Sequence record: OP617745.1
Length of the DNA stretch: 64,000 nucleotides
Reading direction: 5' to 3' (one strand)
The notes below the pieces were generated by a model. That model worked only from the letters and a program-made list of their open reading frames with translations. It was not told the DNA's origin and searched no databases. Shown here one piece after another: positions 45,202 to 55,420 of this stretch. Position 1 is the stretch's first letter. Every line of letters begins with the position of its first letter. The position numbers and the translations under genes were made by a program.

Positions 45202-45209
45202 GGGTTACT

Positions 45210-45482
45210 ATGAAATTAATTAAAAATATTTTATTCTTTTTTATTTTTAGTATATGTATTACAAATAATGTATATGCCATACAAATGAATTGTGTCAATG
45301 TACAGGACAATAAATTTTGCACAAGTACAGATGAAAATGGTAATACAGTACGTACCAACATTTATCGTTTTGGCAATATTGAAACCATCGAATCATCCGG
45401 TACTGATTCTAATGGTAATACTTTTATCAACAAGTGTACTGTAATTAAAATGGATAATTATAGTACTATTAACTGCAATTAG
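45210..45482 (+). CDS. small secreted 4-Cys protein
   Basis: Sec signal ending VYA; four Cys in a Thr/Asn/Gly-rich mature part. Confidence 0.7.
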   Translation: MKLIKNILFFFIFSICITNNVYAIQMNCVNVQDNKFCTSTDENGNTVRTNIYRFGNIETIESSGTDSNGNTFINKCTVIKMDNYSTINCN

Positions 45483-45490
45483 GGTGATAT

Positions 45491-45865
45491 ATGTCATTTA
45501 AAAGAGATAAAGAATATATCGACACAATAATTAAAATTATAAAACAATTAAAAAGTCAAAATTCTGATCTAGGAACTTCAATATACAATGAATATTGCTC
45601 TTTTGGTTATTTGTGTTATAATTGCAATGAACCAACATTGACTTATTTTTATGATAAAAAAGACAAAGATTTCGAAAAGTTTTCTACTACACTTGAAGTA
45701 CCTTCATATGATATCAGTACTGAAGAAGGTTATTTCCAGGCGTCGTTGATTTATCCAGATTCACAAATGAGAGTAATGTTTTTATTTACAGAATTGAAAA
45801 AGAATTTCAAAAATGATTCATTTGTTATTCCCATGGAGTTACTAAATGATAATTTAATATATTAA
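45491..45865 (+). CDS. hypothetical protein, FQxS-motif family
   Basis: TEEGYFQASLI. Confidence 0.8.
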   Translation: MSFKRDKEYIDTIIKIIKQLKSQNSDLGTSIYNEYCSFGYLCYNCNEPTLTYFYDKKDKDFEKFSTTLEVPSYDISTEEGYFQASLIYPDSQMRVMFLFTELKKNFKNDSFVIPMELLNDNLIY

Positions 45866-45879
45866 AGGTTATAACTGTT

Positions 45880-46269
45880 ATGTCTGAATTTGAAAAAATT
45901 ATTAAACGTTGTGAAATGTATTTTTCTTTTATTACCAAAAATATAGAAAAAACAGAAAGAGAATATGTTTTAAAATGCGAATACAAAGATAATGGATTTA
46001 TCTGTTATACACCAGAAAATAATGAATACTATTTTTATTTCCCAGATCCAGAATTTGGTTCTTCTGGTATAAAAACAGAAATACCAGATGATGTTCTAAC
46101 CGAAGAAGGATATTTTCAGTACTCAACTATTTTTGATAATGAAAAATTATTCAGTATGGTTTTAATGAAATATTTTAAAGATAATTGTGATTTTAGATTT
46201 TCTGTAGAGGCTACTGATTGTCTTTTTGACTTCCTACAACGAACAGTATACAATGAAAATACTAACTGA
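45880..46269 (+). CDS. hypothetical protein, FQxS-motif family
   Basis: TEEGYFQYSTI. Confidence 0.8.
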   Translation: MSEFEKIIKRCEMYFSFITKNIEKTEREYVLKCEYKDNGFICYTPENNEYYFYFPDPEFGSSGIKTEIPDDVLTEEGYFQYSTIFDNEKLFSMVLMKYFKDNCDFRFSVEATDCLFDFLQRTVYNENTN

Positions 46270-46447
46270 GAGTGATTGCTACAGAATATGTTCTGAAGTA
46301 TCATTAAAATCGATTAATAAAAATAAAGCACAACGTGCAGAACTTATATTATTAAGATTTATGGGTACAAACTTTGAAGGAATTGCTTTGTATAATTATA
46401 TGAATTGTTTAACGGAATATTGTAATGAGTTACATAACAGAAAGTAG
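46253..46447 (+). CDS. small protein, LGTNxQ family
   Basis: MKILTE...LRFMGTNFEGI. Confidence 0.75.
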   Translation: MKILTESDCYRICSEVSLKSINKNKAQRAELILLRFMGTNFEGIALYNYMNCLTEYCNELHNRK

Positions 46448-46847
46448 TTACGAAAGAGATATTTTTATGTGTTCAGAAATAATGAGAATTCATGAACGAT
46501 TTATTGGTCTTGATTCTTCTGCGTGGAGTTTCAGGGAGGATGCATATTTAATTTTCAGCCCAGGAACCAAAAATCAAATACAGTACCATCTTTCATCACA
46601 AGAACGAAAAGAGTTATTTTTTAATGGTTCTGCTTTTCTGAGTTCAATTGATTTGGATTATCCACTCAAAGAAGACCTTGATTTGTGTACAGAAGAAGGT
46701 TATTTTCAGGGTTCATTAATTCTTGACAAAAAATATTTAACAGTATATACTATTTTTCAGTTCCTTGATAAAAATTGCAATTCTGCGTTCTCTATTGATA
46801 TGGTACCTTTTTTGAAGGGGTTTAGACGAAAATATGAAAATAGTTGA
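46425..46847 (+). CDS. hypothetical protein, FQxS-motif family
   Basis: TEEGYFQGSLI. Confidence 0.8.
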   Translation: MSYITESSYERDIFMCSEIMRIHERFIGLDSSAWSFREDAYLIFSPGTKNQIQYHLSSQERKELFFNGSAFLSSIDLDYPLKEDLDLCTEEGYFQGSLILDKKYLTVYTIFQFLDKNCNSAFSIDMVPFLKGFRRKYENS

Positions 46848-47241
46848 TTATGATTACCAAAGGGATCTAGCTATATCTAATATCATTTTGGAACTCTGTG
46901 AAGATGATCCTTATTATACTGTAGTTCGAGGGTATAGTAATAATGAATACAAAAGTGATGGATATTTGGTTTATTCGAACGGATCACCCGTAAATCAAAT
47001 TCTTGTTTTTCCAAGGTTTGACGTAATACTACAAAAGAACATGGTACCAAATAAACTTGTTAAATTAGTTCAAACCGATTTGTTGTCTGAGGAATCATAT
47101 TTTCAACACAGTACTTTATATGATGCATTTGAATTACATGTTATGTTTATTTTTCAGTACTTAATGAAATATAGTACACATTCAGTATCAATGCCAATGA
47201 AATCAATCTGGGATGAATATGAAAAATCGTTACATCTATGA
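46834..47241 (+). CDS. hypothetical protein, FQxS-motif family
   Basis: SEESYFQHSTL. Confidence 0.8.
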   Translation: MKIVDYDYQRDLAISNIILELCEDDPYYTVVRGYSNNEYKSDGYLVYSNGSPVNQILVFPRFDVILQKNMVPNKLVKLVQTDLLSEESYFQHSTLYDAFELHVMFIFQYLMKYSTHSVSMPMKSIWDEYEKSLHL

Positions 47242-47749
47242 TGAAAAAGAAAATAAAGGTGAATTAATTCGACACATGACTATACAAGAATGTTTTGAAT
47301 ACGCTGATAAAGTAATTTATTTATATAATATCTTACATAATAAACCAAAAATCAAAATACTTAATTTAGCTGAACTATCGACGGATAATAAATCTTTTGA
47401 ATACACAAGTAATGATGATTTAAATGATTTAGTTTATTCAGAAGATAATCATTATTTTATAGGTACTTCATTTATTGAGATTTATTCAGGAATACGATAT
47501 ATTCCAGAGAGTGTTCATAAAATATTAGGTATAACATCAGGTGGTGGAACATCCAACCTCATTGATATCGGTGATGTTATCATTGAAAACACGGAAGAGG
47601 ATATCTTTCAGTACAGCACAGTTTATAGTGAACACGAATTAAAGCATTTGATTATTTTAAGTGCAATTAAAAAGAATAATTGTAGAGAGTTCTTTATGGA
47701 TTTAAATTATTTGGAATTTTTATTAGATTATCAATATAACTTAAATTAA
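47213..47749 (+). CDS. hypothetical protein, FQxS-motif family
   Basis: TEEDIFQYSTV. Confidence 0.8.
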   Translation: MNMKNRYIYDEKENKGELIRHMTIQECFEYADKVIYLYNILHNKPKIKILNLAELSTDNKSFEYTSNDDLNDLVYSEDNHYFIGTSFIEIYSGIRYIPESVHKILGITSGGGTSNLIDIGDVIIENTEEDIFQYSTVYSEHELKHLIILSAIKKNNCREFFMDLNYLEFLLDYQYNLN

Positions 47750-47757
47750 AAAACACT

Positions 47758-48279
47758 ATGAAATCAATTTATACTGAAAGTATTAAAATCATTAATGACA
47801 TTGATGATTTCTTTAAATTTGTAAATTCAAATTCTTATTATGCACTTCATAATTTGAATATACTAATTTTTGATCATCCAGGTTCGGTTATTTCTGCATT
47901 TGAACCAAAAAATTTTTATCAAATCTGTTTAATTAGAGATAATGTACAGGAATCAATTTTTAAGGTATCATTGAATACAAGATATGAATACTGGAATGAA
48001 TCAAGAATGTTTTATTTCGACGCGAGCAGAAATGATTTTTCTATATGTGAAAAAACAAAAATCCAAAATACTGTTGATATTTTGGAATATGATAACAATA
48101 TAGAAGAGTTAGCATTCCAGTACAGTACTGAAGTACAACTGGAATTTGTTCCTGTTTGTGTATTGGCTTCGTACTTAAAGAAGAATCACGACCCGAAATA
48201 TCCATTATTTAAATTGATACTCAATGATGTTGATTTTTTATTAAAACGATTCAAGGAAATAGAAGATTATGATTGGTAA
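47758..48279 (+). CDS. hypothetical protein, FQxS-motif family
   Basis: IEELAFQYSTE. Confidence 0.8.
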   Translation: MKSIYTESIKIINDIDDFFKFVNSNSYYALHNLNILIFDHPGSVISAFEPKNFYQICLIRDNVQESIFKVSLNTRYEYWNESRMFYFDASRNDFSICEKTKIQNTVDILEYDNNIEELAFQYSTEVQLEFVPVCVLASYLKKNHDPKYPLFKLILNDVDFLLKRFKEIEDYDW

Positions 48280-48760
48280 TTTAATTGATTTTAATTCGGT
48301 ATTAAAATTCTCAGAGAATTTAATTAAAATTCACAAAGCATTTACTGATGGTTTCTTTTTGAAAGTACCGAACTTTTGTACTAAACTGGAAGAAGTACAA
48401 GGTGAGTATGAATATTCGGTTAATCAACCAATAAAATGTTCACAAATGTATACCAGTTTAACTGAAGAATATATTATTGATATTAATGATATATATTTTA
48501 TATCTTTTAATCCTTATTCAGTACTTGAGATATACATCAATGCCGTTAGATCAAAAGTACTTAGTACAAAAGATGTAAATTCATTTGATATATCAGAAGA
48601 GGGTTACTTCCAGGGAAGCACGATTTATGAACCAGCAATGTTAAATTCTATTTTCATTGCATCTGTTCTAAACCGAAGTGATTGTGGTAAATTTTATTTT
48701 GATTTAGATTATTACGATCTTTGTGTTGAGTATATGGAAAAATATAATTATGTTCAATGA
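48269..48760 (+). CDS. hypothetical protein, FQxS-motif family
   Basis: SEEGYFQGSTI. Confidence 0.8.
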   Translation: MIGNLIDFNSVLKFSENLIKIHKAFTDGFFLKVPNFCTKLEEVQGEYEYSVNQPIKCSQMYTSLTEEYIIDINDIYFISFNPYSVLEIYINAVRSKVLSTKDVNSFDISEEGYFQGSTIYEPAMLNSIFIASVLNRSDCGKFYFDLDYYDLCVEYMEKYNYVQ

Positions 48761-49241
48761 ACGTATCAGAACTGCACAAGAAATTATTCAAATTATAGTA
48801 GCAATAGAATCTACTGATAAAAAGTATGATGATTTCAAAAGTAATTTTACAGAAAAATATGTTCAGGACTCGGATTTTATTCAGTACTATATTAAAGGTG
48901 AAGAAAATGTATTCTATGCAAATGAAACATATATTTGTGATTATGACAATTCTTCTAGATTTAATTACATATGTTTTATTCCAAAATCAAATATTATAGT
49001 ATTTCGCCTTTGTGATGAATTCGAAACAATATATGAATATGAACTGTTTAAAGATTTTTCAGAAGAACTTGCATTTCAGTACAGTACATTGTACAATTAT
49101 GATATAATTGAAATGATGATTATGTTCTGGTATTTTAACCAGATCTACAATGGCTCTTTTTATATTAATATGAATTTATTTGAAAAAGCCAAAAAAATAT
49201 ATGAGAGATATCATGACTTCGAATACAAATCCATTAACTGA
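48750..49241 (+). CDS. hypothetical protein, FQxS-motif family
   Basis: SEELAFQYSTL. Confidence 0.8.
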   Translation: MFNERIRTAQEIIQIIVAIESTDKKYDDFKSNFTEKYVQDSDFIQYYIKGEENVFYANETYICDYDNSSRFNYICFIPKSNIIVFRLCDEFETIYEYELFKDFSEELAFQYSTLYNYDIIEMMIMFWYFNQIYNGSFYINMNLFEKAKKIYERYHDFEYKSIN

Positions 49242-49803
49242 GCACGATTGTCAATTTTTTTACGAAAAAATAACTAATAGTATAGAATTATTAAAAAATA
49301 TAGTCACTTATTTAAATCAAAATGATATGGAATATGTTGCTCATAAAACTGGTGATTTGTATTTTTATATTACAAATGAAAACCCTCGTATTATGTCATT
49401 CCATACTGGTGAATATTCTTTTATGGATTTTTATACTAGTACAGAAAAGAAAGATGGTAGAAATTCAGTAGACATATTCAATAATGAAAAGAAAACATGT
49501 ATAGATTTTAATATACTACAAAATACTGATTCTTTTTTTCTATCAGATTCCAGAAATGGTTCAGCGAATGTAATTGATGAGTCAAAAATAATCGAATTGC
49601 CTATAATTAAAGTTCAAACAGAAGAAGAAAGATTTCAGTACAGTACTGTGTATAATGATATTGAATTGCGTAGTATTGAATTGTATTATAAATTTATGAA
49701 AGAACAATTGTATTTTTACGTTACATTAGATTGTGTTGAAGAAATTCAAACTGTACTTCAAACAATACATAATGATTTACCAAAATATATAAGGAAAAAA
49801 TAA
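49213..49803 (+). CDS. hypothetical protein, FQxS-motif family
   Basis: TEEERFQYSTV. Confidence 0.8.
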   Translation: MTSNTNPLTEHDCQFFYEKITNSIELLKNIVTYLNQNDMEYVAHKTGDLYFYITNENPRIMSFHTGEYSFMDFYTSTEKKDGRNSVDIFNNEKKTCIDFNILQNTDSFFLSDSRNGSANVIDESKIIELPIIKVQTEEERFQYSTVYNDIELRSIELYYKFMKEQLYFYVTLDCVEEIQTVLQTIHNDLPKYIRKK

Positions 49804-50300
49804 TGAATAGTGAATATAAAAAATCTAAACACATCACGGATTCGTTGGTAAAATTAATCAAATCAATACTGAATGGTGCAATCGATGGACGACTAATCTA
49901 TGATGACAGTGATGACATTATTAATGTTACATTAAAATCCAACAAAAAAAGTTATAGAAATCTATTTACTACTGGGTGGTATTATAGTGAGTACTTACTT
50001 GAAGACAACTCTTCATTGGGATATTCAGAAACTCATTATTTTGCTTTTGACCCAAATGATAGTTCTCTTGTTGTGACTATTCGACAATGTAATGGTAAAA
50101 GAACAAGAGAGAAACTTAGTACAACTGGACTTAATATAGATACAGAAGAAGAGTGGTTCCAGTACAGTACTTTATATAATGATACTGAACTATTTTCTAT
50201 TATGTTATGGTGTGCATTTAAGAAAGAAAACTTCCCATCATGTTTAGTGGAATTTTCAGAATTTTTCAAATATTTGGAAGAAACAAATGATATTATCTGA
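49803..50300 (+). CDS. hypothetical protein, FQxS-motif family
   Basis: TEEEWFQYSTL. Confidence 0.8.
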   Translation: MNSEYKKSKHITDSLVKLIKSILNGAIDGRLIYDDSDDIINVTLKSNKKSYRNLFTTGWYYSEYLLEDNSSLGYSETHYFAFDPNDSSLVVTIRQCNGKRTREKLSTTGLNIDTEEEWFQYSTLYNDTELFSIMLWCAFKKENFPSCLVEFSEFFKYLEETNDII

Positions 50301-50868
50301 TATCAAATCTTTTAGTACTGAACTGGATGTAATTAAAAACATCATCATTAAGATGATTGAAATTCACAGAACCAAAAGACGATCTACGTCTTTTAGCGAA
50401 GACGGTTTTGAACTTGAGCGTGGTTTGTTTCATATTGATTTGATGATTAGTGATTATGAATGTATTTTTAGTTTGAGAAATGATTCATCTCAAATGAAAA
50501 ATACTGGGATTGATTTATCCATTATTCCACATCATCAAATTATACTTGGTGGTTCTGGAAACGTATACATTTCACCATTCGAATCTGGATTTAGTAGAAG
50601 TATAGCTTTACCAAAAAATGAAGGTAGTGAACCTTACATTTTAATTAACGATGATGCACTTGATGAATGGAAATTCCAGTTAAGTACATTATATGATCCA
50701 ATAATCGTTGATATAATCAACCTAGAAGAAGAACTAAGAGAGCACTTAGCCTCTTTGGAGCACAACAATAATGTATATGCACCTTTGTTATTGGTTGTTG
50801 ATTTAAAATGTTTAGAAAAGAAAAAACACGATTTGAATTCTATGCTAGAATTTTTAGAGAACATATAA
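50287..50868 (+). CDS. hypothetical protein, FQxS-motif family
   Basis: LDEWKFQLSTL. Confidence 0.8.
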   Translation: MILSDIKSFSTELDVIKNIIIKMIEIHRTKRRSTSFSEDGFELERGLFHIDLMISDYECIFSLRNDSSQMKNTGIDLSIIPHHQIILGGSGNVYISPFESGFSRSIALPKNEGSEPYILINDDALDEWKFQLSTLYDPIIVDIINLEEELREHLASLEHNNNVYAPLLLVVDLKCLEKKKHDLNSMLEFLENI

Positions 50869-50871
50869 AAC

Positions 50872-51480
50872 ATGAAATTAGAATATTTCCCAAATTTAGA
50901 ATACAAACATTGTATTGCTTATTCAATGTTTGTGGAAGATTTAATTAACGCATTACATGATCCAGAAATACGAAGAGAATGTAAAATTATAAGAATAGAA
51001 AATGATAGATTTTATATCAACACTGGAATTAGAAAAATAGATCTGGATATATTAAGTGTAGATACAACCTCTACACCAACCTTGATTTCTTCCAGAGTTG
51101 GTAATTTCGAATTTTACTGGACTCACTGTTATGAATTCAATAAAGATTCTAAACATGATTTTATGATAGATGGTGATTTGTGCGAAAAAATTAAGTACAG
51201 TTATGACTATACAGAAGAAATGTTCTTTCAAAACAGCTTATTATACAAAAACTGTGATTTGTTTTATATTATATTATTCAATTATTTAAAATGTAATTTA
51301 AATCATTCATTCTGTATGGCATCTGCACCCATCCCTGAAGATTTTTTTAAATTAATTCCAAATTTACTTTACATTGCTACCGAAAAGGGGTATTATGGTG
51401 ATCTGTTAGAGTTGATGAAAAATATTCATCCAAATAACAACGATAAAAGTTCATATCTATCAGGATTTAGCAATCTATGA
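50872..51480 (+). CDS. hypothetical protein, FQxS-motif family
   Basis: TEEMFFQNSLL. Confidence 0.8.
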   Translation: MKLEYFPNLEYKHCIAYSMFVEDLINALHDPEIRRECKIIRIENDRFYINTGIRKIDLDILSVDTTSTPTLISSRVGNFEFYWTHCYEFNKDSKHDFMIDGDLCEKIKYSYDYTEEMFFQNSLLYKNCDLFYIILFNYLKCNLNHSFCMASAPIPEDFFKLIPNLLYIATEKGYYGDLLELMKNIHPNNNDKSSYLSGFSNL

Positions 51481-52040
51481 CATACGAAGAATACAAAAAG
51501 ACAATACCAGTACTCGCTGAAATTGTTTCATTACTAAAAAATCATCTAAGTAAAAGAACCATATACAACGATAGATTCTTCACCTTACCCAAATCCAATT
51601 TTTATATAAAACAAATCAATGATGCTGATGTTGACATTAGAATTTCAAAAAATAGTGATTCTATTATTCGCGTTGCAAAAGAATCACAGAGTTTTGATGG
51701 CGACATTCCATTGTTACTTCGTCAGTTCGGGGATGTATATTGTTCGTCCAGAAAACACCCAGGGTACATTAAAATATATTCAAGTGAAAGTGACATAGAT
51801 TTACTGGATGTTGACTGCCCAGAAGAGCAATTATTTCAATACAGTACAATTCTTTCTAATATAGATCTTATCGTACTTGAACTTGAGTTAGAACTTCAAA
51901 AAGTACTTGACGAAAATGTTTACTGTGTAATTACATTATTCTATGATAATGATTACTATAGTGAATGTGCTTCATACAATGATTATGTAAATCTACGAGA
52001 TGATTTAAAAGATGAAAAAAGAACATGGGAACATTATTAA
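51477..52040 (+). CDS. hypothetical protein, FQxS-motif family
   Basis: PEEQLFQYSTI. Confidence 0.8.
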   Translation: MTYEEYKKTIPVLAEIVSLLKNHLSKRTIYNDRFFTLPKSNFYIKQINDADVDIRISKNSDSIIRVAKESQSFDGDIPLLLRQFGDVYCSSRKHPGYIKIYSSESDIDLLDVDCPEEQLFQYSTILSNIDLIVLELELELQKVLDENVYCVITLFYDNDYYSECASYNDYVNLRDDLKDEKRTWEHY

Positions 52041-52596
52041 TAACTTAAAAGTTATTAAAGAATTAAGCACTGCTATGATTTTGTTGTACAAAAATACAGA
52101 CAAAATTAATGCTGATAATTATATTCTAAGTACAACTAGATTAAATCCATATGAAAATGGGTCAATGTACTTGAGAACAAAAGCATCTCAAAATATCATT
52201 GGAATTTTAAATGAATCTGTTTGCTTAGATGCATATGCAAACAAAGATGAAGAGGTACCCGGTAATTACAGGGTTATTATACGAGATTCGGCATTCTTCT
52301 TATGTAGTCCGATGAATCCATTTTTCAATAAAATATATGCTGATTTTAATTATACAAACGGTGTTGAAACTTTTCCTATTCCCAGTGAAGATACATGGGA
52401 AGAAGAGATGTTTCAACTATCATTAGTAGTACCGAATATGGTATGTACTGAAGTACTTGAATTATACAAAGAAATATACAATAATATTGAAAGGGATTTT
52501 TATATTTCATATGAATATGAAAATTATGATACCACATTATTAAAAGATGCATTAAATGACGTTAACAAATTTATCAAGCACTACATCAACAAATGA
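52012..52596 (+). CDS. hypothetical protein, FQxS-motif family
   Basis: WEEEMFQLSLV. Confidence 0.8.
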   Translation: MKKEHGNIINNLKVIKELSTAMILLYKNTDKINADNYILSTTRLNPYENGSMYLRTKASQNIIGILNESVCLDAYANKDEEVPGNYRVIIRDSAFFLCSPMNPFFNKIYADFNYTNGVETFPIPSEDTWEEEMFQLSLVVPNMVCTEVLELYKEIYNNIERDFYISYEYENYDTTLLKDALNDVNKFIKHYINK

Positions 52597-53134
52597 TACT
52601 GAAATGTACTTATTGTACAAAAATATTTTACTTGAATTAAAAAGATTGTTGCATACCGATAATGTACGCGATAATTATCTACATCAAGATATAAATGGTG
52701 AAATTTATTGTATAATTTCTGATGATAAAATCGCATTATATGCTAATTCCGAAAATATAGCATTCACTTATGTTTTATTTGCTTATTCGTTTAATTCACC
52801 AAATTACGTATCAGAAAAATATAGAGTAGAATATGATTCATATGTATACTTTGATCGTGCTAATTCAACTAATGAATATATGATTAATCACGAAACAAAT
52901 AATATCATCCAATTGATTAAAGAAAATGAGTTGAGTTCAGATGAATTAGAAAGTTTATTATTCCAACACAATACATTGTATTCAGATGAAGATAAATTTT
53001 GTATTTGGATGGATTATTATATCAGAGATTACATTGAAGATAAACATTATTTCTGTGTAAACTACAACAGACTAAATGAATTCAGTACTGACATATATGA
53101 AAATATTCTATTGGAATTAAAGAAATATGATTGA
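52556..53134 (+). CDS. hypothetical protein, FQxS-motif family
   Basis: LESLLFQHNTL; start uncertain. Confidence 0.75.
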   Translation: MTLTNLSSTTSTNDTEMYLLYKNILLELKRLLHTDNVRDNYLHQDINGEIYCIISDDKIALYANSENIAFTYVLFAYSFNSPNYVSEKYRVEYDSYVYFDRANSTNEYMINHETNNIIQLIKENELSSDELESLLFQHNTLYSDEDKFCIWMDYYIRDYIEDKHYFCVNYNRLNEFSTDIYENILLELKKYD

Positions 53135-53738
53135 ATTAAAATTTAAAATACAAGAACTAAAAGAACTGGTAATTCACTTAAAGAATGTAAATGATAAATT
53201 CCATCTCTCAGAAAATTTCATGATTTATATTCCAGGTACCGAATCAACACTCATTCACGAAATGTCAACAAAAGGGATATATTCCAATATTACATTGAAA
53301 TCAAGAGATTACAAAACTAATATCTATTGCAACACCATCTCTTTAATCAGGAGTTCAGATCCCTCTGAAGAACGTATCAGGAAATCTAAAACAGTAGGTT
53401 CAATTTATAGTAGTTCATGTAATATATATTCTTTATCCGATAATACCAAAATGCAGATTGGTATATATGAAAACTATCATAGAAAGTGTGATACCAGTGA
53501 AAATGGAACTATTGAATTGCCTGATTATGTAAAAGATTCTGATGAATTTGAAGCATTATTATTTCAATACAGTACAGAGAGTGATATTAAGTACAATAGA
53601 TTATTAAAAATGCGTATCATAAAAGAAATATATGATGTACTTCAATATGAAGAAATATCAATAGATGATACATTATTTGATTTGGATTCAAATGATTTAA
53701 AAACAATTATACAGGAATTGAAATTAAAATTATGCTAA
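53127..53738 (+). CDS. hypothetical protein, FQxS-motif family
   Basis: FEALLFQYSTE. Confidence 0.8.
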   Translation: MIELKFKIQELKELVIHLKNVNDKFHLSENFMIYIPGTESTLIHEMSTKGIYSNITLKSRDYKTNIYCNTISLIRSSDPSEERIRKSKTVGSIYSSSCNIYSLSDNTKMQIGIYENYHRKCDTSENGTIELPDYVKDSDEFEALLFQYSTESDIKYNRLLKMRIIKEIYDVLQYEEISIDDTLFDLDSNDLKTIIQELKLKLC

Positions 53739-54295
53739 CATTGTCCGAAATTCTGGAATACGATAATAAAATTATCAATCTCTTGGGTGATATATACTTT
53801 GAATTCAACAAAAAAGAAGATAAAAACAACAATAAAGACACTATACTGAAAGTAAATGATAGTGAATTAGTTGTATTAGAAAATAATCTTCATTTTTATT
53901 CTGTTGTACTTAAAGTGTATAATGGTATGTCAGAAACTCCGTGGTATATGGTGAAAAACACAGATGATTATGATACATTTCGTGGTATTAAACCATTCAT
54001 CAACGAGTATGGTATTTTTTGTACTGCAAATGATTACGATGTATTATATGATGAATACGATCAATTCGGTACTGTTCATAACGTATTCACAGAAGAACAA
54101 TATTCCTGTATAGAAAGTACTGCTTTTCAGTTAAGTACAGAGTTTGATTTACAAGTAGTAAGAGCATTAGCAATGCAAACCAATTTGTATTACAACAAAA
54201 GACACTATCAAATACTGTGTAATACAAAAATTCAGGATCATTTATATAATCCAAAATTAATTTTAAATCTAGAAAAATATCTGGAAACACTATGA
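53732..54295 (+). CDS. hypothetical protein, FQxS-motif family
   Basis: IESTAFQLSTE. Confidence 0.8.
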   Translation: MLTLSEILEYDNKIINLLGDIYFEFNKKEDKNNNKDTILKVNDSELVVLENNLHFYSVVLKVYNGMSETPWYMVKNTDDYDTFRGIKPFINEYGIFCTANDYDVLYDEYDQFGTVHNVFTEEQYSCIESTAFQLSTEFDLQVVRALAMQTNLYYNKRHYQILCNTKIQDHLYNPKLILNLEKYLETL

Positions 54296-54783
54296 AAGAA
54301 ATTATTGAATTAATAGAACTGATGCAGTCAAGTATAAGTTCATGTAAACTTGCAACCGGTGAACACAATTTGAATGCGGATTTTGATTTAGTAGTCAATA
54401 ATCAAAAGAAATGTATTCACTTGATTAAAAAATCCAGTACTAAAGCAATCAAACATACAGCACTCATGATAGCTTCTTCACATCCTGCTAAAAAATATAA
54501 TTCAAATATTGCTAATATAAGTTCACTGTACAAACCAGAAAGTATATCTTCATATATCAGTTCAATTAAAAGTGAATTAGATTTTCATAAATGCACTTTG
54601 GATTCTTATGAAGAATTAGAATTTCAGTACAGTACAGTAATTACACGAAGTGATATTTTTATAATTCAATGCTTGTTATATTCAATTGATTTTAAAGATA
54701 TTGTGTACATGACAAATGATTTTATGAAATATAATTATATTGAAATACTCAGATCATTAAAGGACAAATTATGCCAAAATTAG
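54292..54783 (+). CDS. hypothetical protein, FQxS-motif family
   Basis: YEELEFQYSTV. Confidence 0.8.
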   Translation: MKEIIELIELMQSSISSCKLATGEHNLNADFDLVVNNQKKCIHLIKKSSTKAIKHTALMIASSHPAKKYNSNIANISSLYKPESISSYISSIKSELDFHKCTLDSYEELEFQYSTVITRSDIFIIQCLLYSIDFKDIVYMTNDFMKYNYIEILRSLKDKLCQN

Positions 54784-55364
54784 ATGCACAGTACTGTGAT
54801 AAATTACTGAATGCATTGATTACTATACAAAAGAATATAAAAAAAGAAAAGAGTATTCAAATTTACTATAATGATAGTTATATTATTGTACAATGTAATC
54901 CAGATGGTAATTACGTAGAGTTCAGTTTTAAGAAAGAAGATGTTCATGATTGCATTAGTATTGATTTACATGAAGCAACACCACATCAAAGTTTAAAAAA
55001 TATTATTAAAGCATATAAAAGAACTACTTATGCATTTGACACTTTAGTTCACAGATATAAAACATTTTATTGTATGTTCGATACAGACGAATATGATTTC
55101 AATTTAGTAGGATTTGATGAAAATAACATCATTAACATTCCTTATGATTTTGATGATGAATTATATTTTCAGTACAGTACTTTATATAGTTTACCACCAC
55201 AGAGTGATCTTGAGCTTCACAAAAGTATTCATAAAAAATGCAAAAATGAACTACCAAATAAAAGTGTAGTTAGAATTTCATATCTATCCATCGAATTAGA
55301 TCAACAAGAAATGGATGAAATTCTGGAATCTTTGTATTCATTGGTTCCTGTGTTTAAGCATTAA
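54771..55364 (+). CDS. hypothetical protein, FQxS-motif family
   Basis: DDELYFQYSTL. Confidence 0.8.
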   Translation: MPKLDAQYCDKLLNALITIQKNIKKEKSIQIYYNDSYIIVQCNPDGNYVEFSFKKEDVHDCISIDLHEATPHQSLKNIIKAYKRTTYAFDTLVHRYKTFYCMFDTDEYDFNLVGFDENNIINIPYDFDDELYFQYSTLYSLPPQSDLELHKSIHKKCKNELPNKSVVRISYLSIELDQQEMDEILESLYSLVPVFKH

Positions 55365-55420
55365 AATCCCCCTTGACTGGGGTTTTTTTATTTGTTATAA
55401 TAAAAAATAGAGAATATAAA

